Assembly: GCA_965242925.1 (NCBI GenBank)
Contig: CBDEUM010000039.1
Coordinates: forward strand, 1 to 64,000
Direction of reading: 5' to 3'
Origin: Roseibacillus sp.
GTDB lineage: Bacteria; Verrucomicrobiota; Verrucomicrobiia; Verrucomicrobiales; Akkermansiaceae
Length of the DNA: 64,000 bases
Positions 47,804-56,894 of the stretch are shown in pieces. The position numbers were made by a program, and so were the translations under genes. The first letter of the stretch is position 1, and every line of letters begins with the position of its first letter. The notes below the pieces were generated by a model. The model was not told the DNA's origin and made no database searches. It saw only the letters and a list, made by a program, of their open reading frames with translations.

Positions 47804-48317
47804 TCCAACCCTCCTGTCTCATCGTTTCTCCAATGCACTCAAGGAGGCGGGACCGGATCTTCTCAAGTGCGTAATAGAGCTTGTGCATGCTCACTCCTGA
47901 ACGTTCTGCCTCCTGCTTCACCGCGCCGTGCTTGGAATAGCGCAGTTGCACCCACTTGCGCTCCTGTCCATTCAATTTGCCGAGGCAGATCTCCAACGCC
48001 CGGCGGCGTGTTTCCATCAGGCTCACTTCGTTTTCATATACCGCATTGAGCTGCTCCAGCAATCCATCCGAAAAGACCAGTTTCTCGCGGGCTTGCCGCT
48101 GCCGCCACTTCTGCACCTCAAACCAGGCAAACTTGCGTGCCCACGGCACGAACGGTCTCTCCTGATCAAACTGGTCCCACTTCTCCCAGAGCCGGACACT
48201 GACTTCCTGAAGCAACTCCCCCACGTCGGTCGTCCGCGGCATCATCATGAACAGATAACGCTCCACCTCCGCCTGGTGGCGAGTCCAGAGACGGACAAAT
48301 TCAGCAGTAGGATCCAT
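47793..48317 (-). CDS. ECF sigma-70 factor (Rhodopirellula/Verrucomicrobium type)
   Basis: FVRLWTRHQ, ELLQEV..RLWEKWDQFD, FVPWA, LVFSD, ALEKIRSRLLECI. Overlaps the FecR gene. Confidence 0.9.
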   Translation of the reverse strand: MDPTAEFVRLWTRHQAEVERYLFMMMPRTTDVGELLQEVSVRLWEKWDQFDQERPFVPWARKFAWFEVQKWRQRQAREKLVFSDGLLEQLNAVYENEVSLMETRRRALEICLGKLNGQERKWVQLRYSKHGAVKQEAERSGVSMHKLYYALEKIRSRLLECIGETMRQEGWSDA

Positions 48318-48410
48318 GACGGTTCTCTGACTATCTTCCTCGCAAATCGCCCAAATTCGGAATTTTTTTTGCGACGGGTGCTCAGTTCCCCGAAAACAGG
48401 GGATTCCCGC

Positions 48411-49142
48411 CTACTCGAAAAATGGTGGAACCTCCGCCACCCTCGTCCCCGCGATCATTTCCTCCATGTAATCGGCAAGCCGGTCAACGATTCTTTCGAT
48501 GAAGGCCGCCCCCTTCGCGGCCGTGGCAGATGACGGCCTCTGGTCATCCTGGTCCCTCCACATGTCGGTGCGCACGTTTGATGGAAAGGCCGCCAGTCCC
48601 ATTGAGGTTTCAAACTCCTGGGCGTGACCGGGCAGGTCCTCCGGAAGTCGGGAACCGGAGTCCAGCAACTCTTCCGCATCCTCCCTGGTAAGGACATCCC
48701 AGTAGGGAAGGAAGTGGAGATTGACCTGGAATTCGCGAAGGAGTTGCTCCCACACTGCCTTGCAGGCCGCCACGTTTCCCCCGTGCCCGTTCAGGACCAG
48801 GATATTGCTGAACCCCGCCAGGCACATGCTTCGCACCAGGTCATTGACCACCGCCAGGAAAGTGCCCGGACGGAGGGTGAGGCTGCCACGGTGCTTCATG
48901 TGGTGCTCACTGATCCCCGCCATCAACCCTTCCGCCACCACCACTCGCGGCTGGAGCCGTTCCGCGACCGCATGGGCCACGTGCGTCACGCTGCGCCAGT
49001 CGTGCTCCATGGCCAGATGCTCGAGATGCTGCTCCACCGCCGCCACCGGAATGATGCAGGCCTGCAGGTCACCGCTCTCCATGCGCTCCCGGAATTCCCG
49101 GCGCGTCAGTTTTCCCAACCGAACTTCCATGCCCTTGAGCAT
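48411..49142 (-). CDS. Creatininase family amidohydrolase
   Basis: IIPVAAVEQH.EHL...D, GISEHH, LNGHGGN, GHAQEFETS. Start 49142-49166. Confidence 0.9.
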   Translation of the reverse strand: MLKGMEVRLGKLTRREFRERMESGDLQACIIPVAAVEQHLEHLAMEHDWRSVTHVAHAVAERLQPRVVVAEGLMAGISEHHMKHRGSLTLRPGTFLAVVNDLVRSMCLAGFSNILVLNGHGGNVAACKAVWEQLLREFQVNLHFLPYWDVLTREDAEELLDSGSRLPEDLPGHAQEFETSMGLAAFPSNVRTDMWRDQDDQRPSSATAAKGAAFIERIVDRLADYMEEMIAGTRVAEVPPFFE

Positions 49143-49214
49143 GAGACCCTCCCCGTCACAAGTCACCGTTTTTCAATAGCGACAGGAGCAGCCCACGCAG
49201 TCTAGGATTTCGCG

Positions 49215-51059
49215 ATGATCTCTCTCAGGATTCGGGCCGCCGCTCTTGTACTCTCTCTCACCTCTCTGCCGGACTCGACTCACGCCCAGGAGGCCCCCTT
49301 CGAGTTCACGCGCATGATCGCGCACTGGGACGAGTATGGTCATGCCGATTACCTCCCCTTCGTCGATGATGTCCAACCCCAGGTTGCGCAGGTCGGCTTT
49401 TACGGAGCACACTTCTGGAGCCTGGTTCACACCCCGCAATTTGGAGGTTACCCGGCTCACTTCCCGGTCCGCGGCTTGACCGAGTGCAGCGCGTGGTTTC
49501 GCACACTGAATGGCGAACTCAAGAAGCGCAAGGTGCGCGCAGTGGGGCACTTCAACATCGAGTTCCTTGTCGGTGACCCCGATGGGCCGATGGGCCCGCG
49601 TGGGTTTTTCAAGTGGTACCGCGACCACTGGGACGAAAAGCGCCTGGGACCAAAGCCCGTGAAGGATCCCTTGGACTTTCTGGAAAAGAAGGCGGACGGC
49701 ACGCCCATCGTGAACCGCAGCTACGCCATCGGTGGCATGAGCGAGTACTGGGCCTGCCTGCGCAACCCGCACTGGCAGATCGTCCTCAAGGCATGGGTCA
49801 AGCAGGGGATCGCGCTCGGGGTGGATGGCTACGTGATCAATTACTTCTACCGGCACGAGTGCCACTGCGATCACTGCCAGTCAGCCTTCCGCTCCTATCT
49901 CTCGGAGCGCCATTCCCCAGCCGAATTGAAGAAGAGGTTCCGCATCTCCGATCTCGCCGCTCACAAGTTCGGGACCATCGTTTCCTGGCACGACCCCAAG
50001 ACCACCAACCCACTCAAACTCGAGATGCTGCGCTTCTCACAGGTCTCCAACAAGAAGGCTTTCGATGAGGTCTTCCTCAAGTTCGGGAGATCCCTGAAAC
50101 CGGACCTCCTGGTGGCCCAGTGGAACCACCTCGGCAACTTCGTGGCGATCAGTGGAGACGAGCGCTGCCTCCTGCCCGCCGATCTCTGGGCCAAGGACGA
50201 ATCCTATCTCTGGTACAGCACGGGCGACTCCGCCAACAAGAGCGACCTCGAGAATAGGGTTCTCGGAGATGCCGTTCTCCAGGCCCGGTTCATCCGCGGT
50301 GCCAGCGGCGACAAACCCTTCACCCTGGGCAAGTATGAGAGCACCCGCATTCGCACCACGATCGCCGAACTGGCCGCCAATGGGGGGACGCCCATGGGCT
50401 TCTACGCCCGCTTCACCGATCCCGAAGCTCGCAAGGAAATCGTGCGCTACTACCAATTCCTCAAACGGCACGAGAATCTCTACCAGGCCAACCATTCTCA
50501 CGCCGAGGTCATTCTCGCCTACCCACGCAAGCGCGTGCACCAGGGCGACCTGGCCGCTCTCGAACGCTTCCGAACACTGGGTCGCAAGCTCCTCGACCGA
50601 CACGTTCTCTTCGATATTTTCCCCGACGACCTCGTCCCCACCGGGCGGGATAAGCGCCACAAAATGGTGTTCACCGTGGACGAGCTTTCCCCGGTTCTGC
50701 CCAAAACTTTGAGCCGTTTCGACGCGCCCTTCACCGTGCGAGTTTCCGCCAGTCGGCCTGCCACGCGCAACGAACTCGATCTTCACTTCGTGAACTACAA
50801 TCGCACCGAGCCTCCCAAGCGTCCCGGCGGGAAACCGTCCGCGGGAAACGGCATTCGCGATGAAAAACCTATCCCAGCCCCTGAGATCGCGGTGGACCTC
50901 CTCTTGCCTCCAGGCGCCCGGGTGAAGGAGATCGTGGCTATCACTCCCGAAGATGATCACAGCACGGCTCTCAAGTGGAAGATGGTAGAGGGACGAATTC
51001 AGTTTTCGACTCCGCCGTTCAAGGTCTACGCTCTCGTGCGTGTGCTCCTTCACTCCTAA
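49215..51059 (+). CDS. Secreted hypothetical protein, probable glycoside hydrolase-like TIM barrel
   Basis: Signal peptide; ACLRNPHW...GVDG..INY...CHCDHCQSAFRSYL resembles GH42/GHL-type barrels; C-terminal LHFVNYN beta domain. Confidence 0.55.
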   Translation: MISLRIRAAALVLSLTSLPDSTHAQEAPFEFTRMIAHWDEYGHADYLPFVDDVQPQVAQVGFYGAHFWSLVHTPQFGGYPAHFPVRGLTECSAWFRTLNGELKKRKVRAVGHFNIEFLVGDPDGPMGPRGFFKWYRDHWDEKRLGPKPVKDPLDFLEKKADGTPIVNRSYAIGGMSEYWACLRNPHWQIVLKAWVKQGIALGVDGYVINYFYRHECHCDHCQSAFRSYLSERHSPAELKKRFRISDLAAHKFGTIVSWHDPKTTNPLKLEMLRFSQVSNKKAFDEVFLKFGRSLKPDLLVAQWNHLGNFVAISGDERCLLPADLWAKDESYLWYSTGDSANKSDLENRVLGDAVLQARFIRGASGDKPFTLGKYESTRIRTTIAELAANGGTPMGFYARFTDPEARKEIVRYYQFLKRHENLYQANHSHAEVILAYPRKRVHQGDLAALERFRTLGRKLLDRHVLFDIFPDDLVPTGRDKRHKMVFTVDELSPVLPKTLSRFDAPFTVRVSASRPATRNELDLHFVNYNRTEPPKRPGGKPSAGNGIRDEKPIPAPEIAVDLLLPPGARVKEIVAITPEDDHSTALKWKMVEGRIQFSTPPFKVYALVRVLLHS

Positions 51060-54000
51060 CATCGGCCGCGCGCTGTGCGCGCTGAGCGTGCTTGTCTCGA
51101 CGACTCAGGCCCAGGAGCGCACGGCGTGGGCAACTTCGCAATTGCAGGGTTCACCCGATCCCCCCCTCCCCTTCACGACGGAACGGGTCCTGACCTCTAT
51201 CAAGTGGGACAAACCTCTCTATGCCCTGGCCGATGCCGGGGGCGACCGCAATCACCTCCTGGTGATGGAAGAGGGTAACGACAGCGACCGTCCAACGCGG
51301 CTCTTTCGCGTCAACTACCGCTCTGAATCACCGGCTAAGGATCTCTTCTTCGAACTGCCCAAGTTCCTCGTCTACGGATTGACGCTCGATCCGGACTACC
51401 TCTCTAACGGATTCCTCTACCTGTTCCAGAAAGGCCACCTCCCCGCCTTCCGCAATCGCGGCGTGCGCATCTCGCGCTACCGTGTAGTGGATCACAAAAT
51501 CAACCCTGCCTCCGAGCTTCCCATCATCGAGTGGCGGACGCACGGACACGACGGGGGCGACCTCGCTTTCGGCCAGGACGGCATGCTTTACATCACCACC
51601 GGAGACGGCTCCACCGATTCGGACCAGTTGGTCTCGGGGCAGTCCCTGGATGATCTGTTAGGATCCGTCCTGCGTATCGATGTGCGCCAGGCCACCACCA
51701 GGCACCCCTACACCGTCCCTCCTGACAATCCCTTCTTCGACCAGCCCAGTGCGCGCCCCGAGATCTGGGCCTACGGGCTTCGCAACCCGTGGCGCATGAC
51801 CGCGGACCAAAAATCGGGACAGATCTGGGTGGGCAATAACGGCCAGGATCTCTGGGAGACTGCCCATCTCCTCGGCCGCGGGGAGAACTACGGCTGGAGC
51901 GTCTTCGAGGGCAATCATCCCTTCTACCCTACCCGCCAGCTCGGGCCCACCCCGCACGTCCCCCCCACCATCGAACACCCGCACTCCGAGTTCCGCTCAC
52001 TCACCGGAGGAGTCATCTACCGGGGGGAGAAGTGGCCGGAACTCGACGGTGCCTACGTTTACGGCGACTATTCCACCGGCCGAATCTGGGCCGCCAGACA
52101 CGAGGACAAGAAGATCCTCTGGCACCGTGAACTGGCTGACACATCCATTCAGATTGCCGGTTTCACCCTCGCCCCGGGCGGCGATCTCATCGTCATCGAC
52201 CATGGCGGCAATGCCCTTCACCGCCTGGTGAAATCGGCGCCGCCGCCGGCAAACGAACTGCCCTTCCCCGAGCTTCTCAGCGAGACCGGTCTCTTCAAGT
52301 CAGTGACCGAGCAGTCCCCCGAGGCTGGTGTGATCGCCTACCAGATCAACTCGGAGGGCTGGAATGACGGCGCCACTTCACAACGCTGGATGGCCGTTCC
52401 TGGAAGCAAGAAAGCGGTCTACAAGAGCGATCAACCATGGGACTTTCCCAACGGCACTGCCCTGACGCAAACGCTCTCTCTTCCGGCTGGTGAAGGAGGG
52501 ACGGCCCGCAAGGTGGAGACGCGCGTCCTTCTCCGCGAACAGAACGAATGGGAAGGCTACTCCTACCGCTGGAACAAGGACGGAGGCGATGCCGTCCTCG
52601 TTCCTTCCTCCGGGGCCGACGCCGAGATCGAGGAGAGCGGGCAGAAATACTCCTGGCGCTTTCCCAGCCGGGCTCAGTGCGCACTCTGCCACAACCGCGC
52701 AGCGCTCTATGTCCTGGGAATTACGGGCAAGCAGTTGAATCGCCTGCGCGAATTCGAAGGCGATGAAGTCAACCAGCTCGCCCTGCTGCAACGAATCGGA
52801 TTCTTTTCCAATCAATTACCCGAAAGATTGCCCGAGCCTCTCGCCAATCCCCACGAAGTCGATGAGCCTTTGGAGGCGCGCGCTCACTCCTACCTGCACA
52901 CCAATTGCTCGATCTGCCACGTGACGTCTGGAGGCGGCAACGCCCAGTTCGATGTACAGATCGCCAGCCCACGCGATAAGAGAAAGGTCATCGAAGTCCG
53001 CCCACAGCACGCCACCTTTGGCCTGCCCGATGCCATGATTGTCGCACCGGGGCGCCCGGACGCTTCCGTTCTTCTGCACCGTGTTTCCCACCGTGGAAAG
53101 GGCAGCGGACAAATGCCCCCACTGGGATCAAGCCACGTCGATACGGAGGCAGTCGAGATGCTGCGCGACTGGATCGCGGGACTGCACCCCTCGCGGCCCA
53201 TCGTAAAGGAATGGACAATGGCCGATTTTTCCGCGGAGCTGGCAACTTCCGACCAGCGCCAGCGTCACTATCTGAGCGGTCGCGAGGCCTTCGCCGCGAC
53301 CGGCTGCATCCAGTGTCACAAGTTCGGAGAGGGTGGCGGAAGCGTCGGCCCAGACCTGAACGGCATAGGAAAGCGTGCCACCACTCGCGATCTGTTAGAG
53401 TCCATCCTCGAGCCATCCCGGCACATCGCGGAGGGGTTTGCGATCCCCGGAACCGATCCGGCGGTCTCCACCATGCCCACCGGGATGATCAACATTCTTG
53501 GGAAAGAGCAGGTCCTCGATCTGCTCTACTACCTGAAACGGGACGGCCGTCCACGTGTGGCCGCCATCGTGACCGAGTACCGTCACAACTCCCACGCCGA
53601 CATCATCGTGAGCCGCCTTCTCCAGACCGACACGCTCGACGGCAAGGGAAAGGACTCCCCGCTCGAACTGGTCTCGCTCTATACCGACCAGATCCCCAAG
53701 AACGACACCAGTCGCCTGCTCTCGACCTCCCACGGCTTCCCGATCTATCCCACCATTGCCCAAGCACTCACCCTCGGAACGGGAGAACTGGCAGTTGATG
53801 GAGTCCTCCTCATCGCCGAACACGGCGACTATCCGAAATCGGACACGGGCAGCACGCAGTATCCCAAGCGGCGCTTCTGGAAAGAATGCCTCAAGGTATT
53901 TGATGCAAGCAAACGCACCGTCCCCGTCTTCGTCGACAAGCACCTTTCTGATAACTGGGCTGACGCCAAGTTCCTCTACGATTCGGCGAAGGAACGTGGA

Positions 54001-54711
54001 ATCCCGCTCATGGCAGGCTCCTCCCTCCCCACCACCTGGCGCAGGCCGGCCGCCGACGTCCGCCGCAGTGCCAAGCTCAAGGAGATCGTGGCCCTCAGTT
54101 ACCACACCACCGATGCCTACGGATTTCATACTCTCGAGATCATCCAGGCTCTCGCCGAACAGCGGCAGGGCGGCGAAACCGGGATCACTGCCGTGCACGC
54201 ACTCGCCGACGAGGAGGTCTGGCGCGCTTTCGATGAGCAGCACTTCAACCGATCGCTTTTCGAGGCCGCCTGGTCGCGCCTCACCAACCCGCCCGACCTG
54301 AAGGACCTCCGCCGGTTGGTGGCCAAACCGCGTCTCTTCACCATCGAGTACAAGGGCGGACTGCGCGCCCACATGCTCGAATTGAATGGCGCGGTCAATG
54401 AATGGGCAGCGGCCTGGAGTTACCAGGATGGCAACCAGATCGACTCCTCCCTCTTCTGGACCCAGGAAGGCAGGCCGGGCATGCACTTCACCTGGCTCCT
54501 GCACGGGATCGAAAGGATGATTCTCACCGGTCAAGCGAGCTGGAACGCAGAGCGCACCCTCTACACCAGCGGCACCCTTGACGCCTTCCTCCTCTCCCTC
54601 AAGAACGGCAAACGCCTGGAGACCCCCTACCTCAACATTCCCTACCAGCCCGCCTGGCGCTGGCTGGAACCGCCCCCACCGCCGCCTACCAGGCCGTGGT
54701 CGGAGCAGTGA
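51040..54711 (+). CDS. Fusion: glucose/sorbosone dehydrogenase-like propeller + three c-type haem motifs + Gfo/Idh/MocA-like C-terminal domain
   Basis: HDGGDLAFGQDGMLYITTGDG, EIWAYGLRNPWR, GENYGW; CALCH, CSICH, CIQCH; then VAAIVTEYRHNSHAD...VDGVLLIAEHGDYP...VFVDKHLS...LMAGSSLP. Confidence 0.85.
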   Translation: MCSFTPNIGRALCALSVLVSTTQAQERTAWATSQLQGSPDPPLPFTTERVLTSIKWDKPLYALADAGGDRNHLLVMEEGNDSDRPTRLFRVNYRSESPAKDLFFELPKFLVYGLTLDPDYLSNGFLYLFQKGHLPAFRNRGVRISRYRVVDHKINPASELPIIEWRTHGHDGGDLAFGQDGMLYITTGDGSTDSDQLVSGQSLDDLLGSVLRIDVRQATTRHPYTVPPDNPFFDQPSARPEIWAYGLRNPWRMTADQKSGQIWVGNNGQDLWETAHLLGRGENYGWSVFEGNHPFYPTRQLGPTPHVPPTIEHPHSEFRSLTGGVIYRGEKWPELDGAYVYGDYSTGRIWAARHEDKKILWHRELADTSIQIAGFTLAPGGDLIVIDHGGNALHRLVKSAPPPANELPFPELLSETGLFKSVTEQSPEAGVIAYQINSEGWNDGATSQRWMAVPGSKKAVYKSDQPWDFPNGTALTQTLSLPAGEGGTARKVETRVLLREQNEWEGYSYRWNKDGGDAVLVPSSGADAEIEESGQKYSWRFPSRAQCALCHNRAALYVLGITGKQLNRLREFEGDEVNQLALLQRIGFFSNQLPERLPEPLANPHEVDEPLEARAHSYLHTNCSICHVTSGGGNAQFDVQIASPRDKRKVIEVRPQHATFGLPDAMIVAPGRPDASVLLHRVSHRGKGSGQMPPLGSSHVDTEAVEMLRDWIAGLHPSRPIVKEWTMADFSAELATSDQRQRHYLSGREAFAATGCIQCHKFGEGGGSVGPDLNGIGKRATTRDLLESILEPSRHIAEGFAIPGTDPAVSTMPTGMINILGKEQVLDLLYYLKRDGRPRVAAIVTEYRHNSHADIIVSRLLQTDTLDGKGKDSPLELVSLYTDQIPKNDTSRLLSTSHGFPIYPTIAQALTLGTGELAVDGVLLIAEHGDYPKSDTGSTQYPKRRFWKECLKVFDASKRTVPVFVDKHLSDNWADAKFLYDSAKERGIPLMAGSSLPTTWRRPAADVRRSAKLKEIVALSYHTTDAYGFHTLEIIQALAEQRQGGETGITAVHALADEEVWRAFDEQHFNRSLFEAAWSRLTNPPDLKDLRRLVAKPRLFTIEYKGGLRAHMLELNGAVNEWAAAWSYQDGNQIDSSLFWTQEGRPGMHFTWLLHGIERMILTGQASWNAERTLYTSGTLDAFLLSLKNGKRLETPYLNIPYQPAWRWLEPPPPPPTRPWSEQ

Positions 54712-54715
54712 CAAT

Positions 54716-56857
54716 TCACTTGAGAGCCGAAAACCCGAGAGCCTTGAGGTGGATTCGCTCTGGCGGCTGGGCCAGGAGCTTGCCCTCGACCTCCGACTCC
54801 TGGCGCACCCGACGCCACTCGGGATCGGCGCCAAAGGCCTTCCAATTGACGTCGGCCTGTTGACGGCTGGGGTGATGCAGGAAATAGACAAGGGTGTTGC
54901 CAGACTCCGGCCTGTCGAAGGGGGTCCAGTAGCCGATGTTCTTCATGCCGTGCTTCTCGAAGAGCCTCCTGGTGTGATTTCGAAAGCGGGCATTGAGTGC
55001 TGTCAGCTTTCCGGGCGCCGTCATGTAGGTGCGCAATTCATAAACCCCTCCGGGCTCATCGATCGCAACCTGCTTCAAGGCAGAGTAATCGTTCTCCCTC
55101 AGAAAAACGCTCTCCGGACGCTGCGAAAGCAGGCTCTGGAACTCAGGCTTGTCGAGCACTGCTTCCCACTCCCGATCGTTGAAGAACGCCACCCAGTTCT
55201 GATAAGCCGCATAGCGCGAGGGATGCTTGAGAAGGTAAACGAATCGTCGCCGCTTCTTGGCCGGTCCCTCGGTGGGGATCCAGTAACCGAGCGCCTCCAG
55301 TCCGTGCTTGCGGAAGAGGCGATCGGTGTGCTCGCGAAAGCGCTTGATAAGGTGTGCGTGCCTCCCCTCATTTGCGGAGTAAATGCGCAACTCGTAGAGT
55401 GGTCCCTGGTCCAACCGTTCCGCCCGCGGTGAGCGTCGCTGACCGCTCCCTGCATCCCGACCCTGTTTATGTCCCAGCACCACCTCCAGCGGGGCTTCGA
55501 AGATCCAGGCCATGTCGTCGGAGATCCTGCGACTGGCATCGTGACCCCCGATGTAAAGTCCTCCATCACCAAAGGGTGAGAGGCAAAAAGCGCGTGGGGA
55601 CACCAGGAAGGGTTTACCCGGCTCAAAGGCATTATTAACCTCGCGCACCTCATAGCTCTGGTCAGACCGCCGCAGGGCATACATTGCCCCGGCGTAGAGA
55701 GGGCTTCCCTTCCAGCGCAACTCGTCCTTCCCTCGAATATTTCCCTGGAACCCGATGATGTGGACCGTCTCGCTGGTGACCGGGTCCACCACCGGATACA
55801 TCATGTTGTGGGCGCCTAGGGTGTAGATCACCTCCACCCCGAGCGCCTTGCTCATGAGGTCAATGATGCGCGCCTCGTCGTGAAGGGTAAATCCTCCCCG
55901 CCCGTCCGGATCCATGCGCTTCACCTGGCTTGTCGACCGATCCCCGGGGGCCCACAGGAAAAGCAATGATTCGCCCTCCCCCTTCGGATTCTCGATCTTG
56001 GTCAATCCCCGTATCCCGCCCACGTCGGTGTCCGTGTCCTCGTGCAAATCAAGAACTTCTCGGTAGCGCGCGCTCTCTCCATCGACCCGCTGGTAGATCG
56101 ATCCGCCCTCCGAAAAGTACAATACCCCGTTGGCTCTCGCCATTCCGAGAGGCCTAGTGCGAAAGGCCCCTTCCGTCAGGAAGGGATACTCGAGGTGACG
56201 TCCCCAGCGGATCCCCCCCGGTGCGCTCTCATCGTAGACTCCGGACACGATGCCTGGATTGCCCAACGAGAGGTAGAGGCGTTCCATTCCGGTGACCTTG
56301 TCGCGGTGCACCTCCATGTCACGGGGCACCCAGCGCACCCCGCCCGCGCTCGATCCGTGCCGGACCAGACTGTGAGACCAACTGCTCTTCTCCTCGTCCC
56401 GCACCCAGACCGAGACCGCCCCCCCCCGCTCGAAGTTCGCCCCTGCGGCCATGACGAGAAGGTTGCGCGGCTGAGGCAGGGCTGCACCGCTGGCATCCCG
56501 CGTGAAGGTCACCGACTTGAGCACATTGCCCTTCATGTATTCCAAGCCGAACCCGTTCGATTTGCCGGTATCCAGATCGACCTGCCACTCTCCCCCTGAT
56601 TGGTCCAGGCGCAGAACCTGTGCACTCTGCTTCTGTCCCTCGGGAGGAATCACCCAGCGCCCGTCCACCCAGTAGCCATTGGCAGCGTAGAGTTTCCCCT
56701 TATGCGCGACCAGATGCATGATCTCGGATCCACCCGCATAGGCGCCCGCCCGGTCGAAATAACCGGCATCGTAGCTCTGCCTCCATTGGGCCTCCTCTGC
56801 CCTGCTGACGGGCAGGAGGGCTCCCAGGGCCACGATAAAAAGAGAAAAAATACGCAT
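54716..56857 (-). CDS. Secreted protein: beta-propeller-like domain plus two NIPSNAP domains
   Basis: Signal peptide; two copies of YELR.Y...RF..HT.RLF.KHG....GYW...W.AF..D.EW. Confidence 0.8.
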   Translation of the reverse strand: MRIFSLFIVALGALLPVSRAEEAQWRQSYDAGYFDRAGAYAGGSEIMHLVAHKGKLYAANGYWVDGRWVIPPEGQKQSAQVLRLDQSGGEWQVDLDTGKSNGFGLEYMKGNVLKSVTFTRDASGAALPQPRNLLVMAAGANFERGGAVSVWVRDEEKSSWSHSLVRHGSSAGGVRWVPRDMEVHRDKVTGMERLYLSLGNPGIVSGVYDESAPGGIRWGRHLEYPFLTEGAFRTRPLGMARANGVLYFSEGGSIYQRVDGESARYREVLDLHEDTDTDVGGIRGLTKIENPKGEGESLLFLWAPGDRSTSQVKRMDPDGRGGFTLHDEARIIDLMSKALGVEVIYTLGAHNMMYPVVDPVTSETVHIIGFQGNIRGKDELRWKGSPLYAGAMYALRRSDQSYEVREVNNAFEPGKPFLVSPRAFCLSPFGDGGLYIGGHDASRRISDDMAWIFEAPLEVVLGHKQGRDAGSGQRRSPRAERLDQGPLYELRIYSANEGRHAHLIKRFREHTDRLFRKHGLEALGYWIPTEGPAKKRRRFVYLLKHPSRYAAYQNWVAFFNDREWEAVLDKPEFQSLLSQRPESVFLRENDYSALKQVAIDEPGGVYELRTYMTAPGKLTALNARFRNHTRRLFEKHGMKNIGYWTPFDRPESGNTLVYFLHHPSRQQADVNWKAFGADPEWRRVRQESEVEGKLLAQPPERIHLKALGFSALK

Positions 56858-56894
56858 GGTTTCAGTGTATTGCAGCCAAATCGAGGCCGACCTT

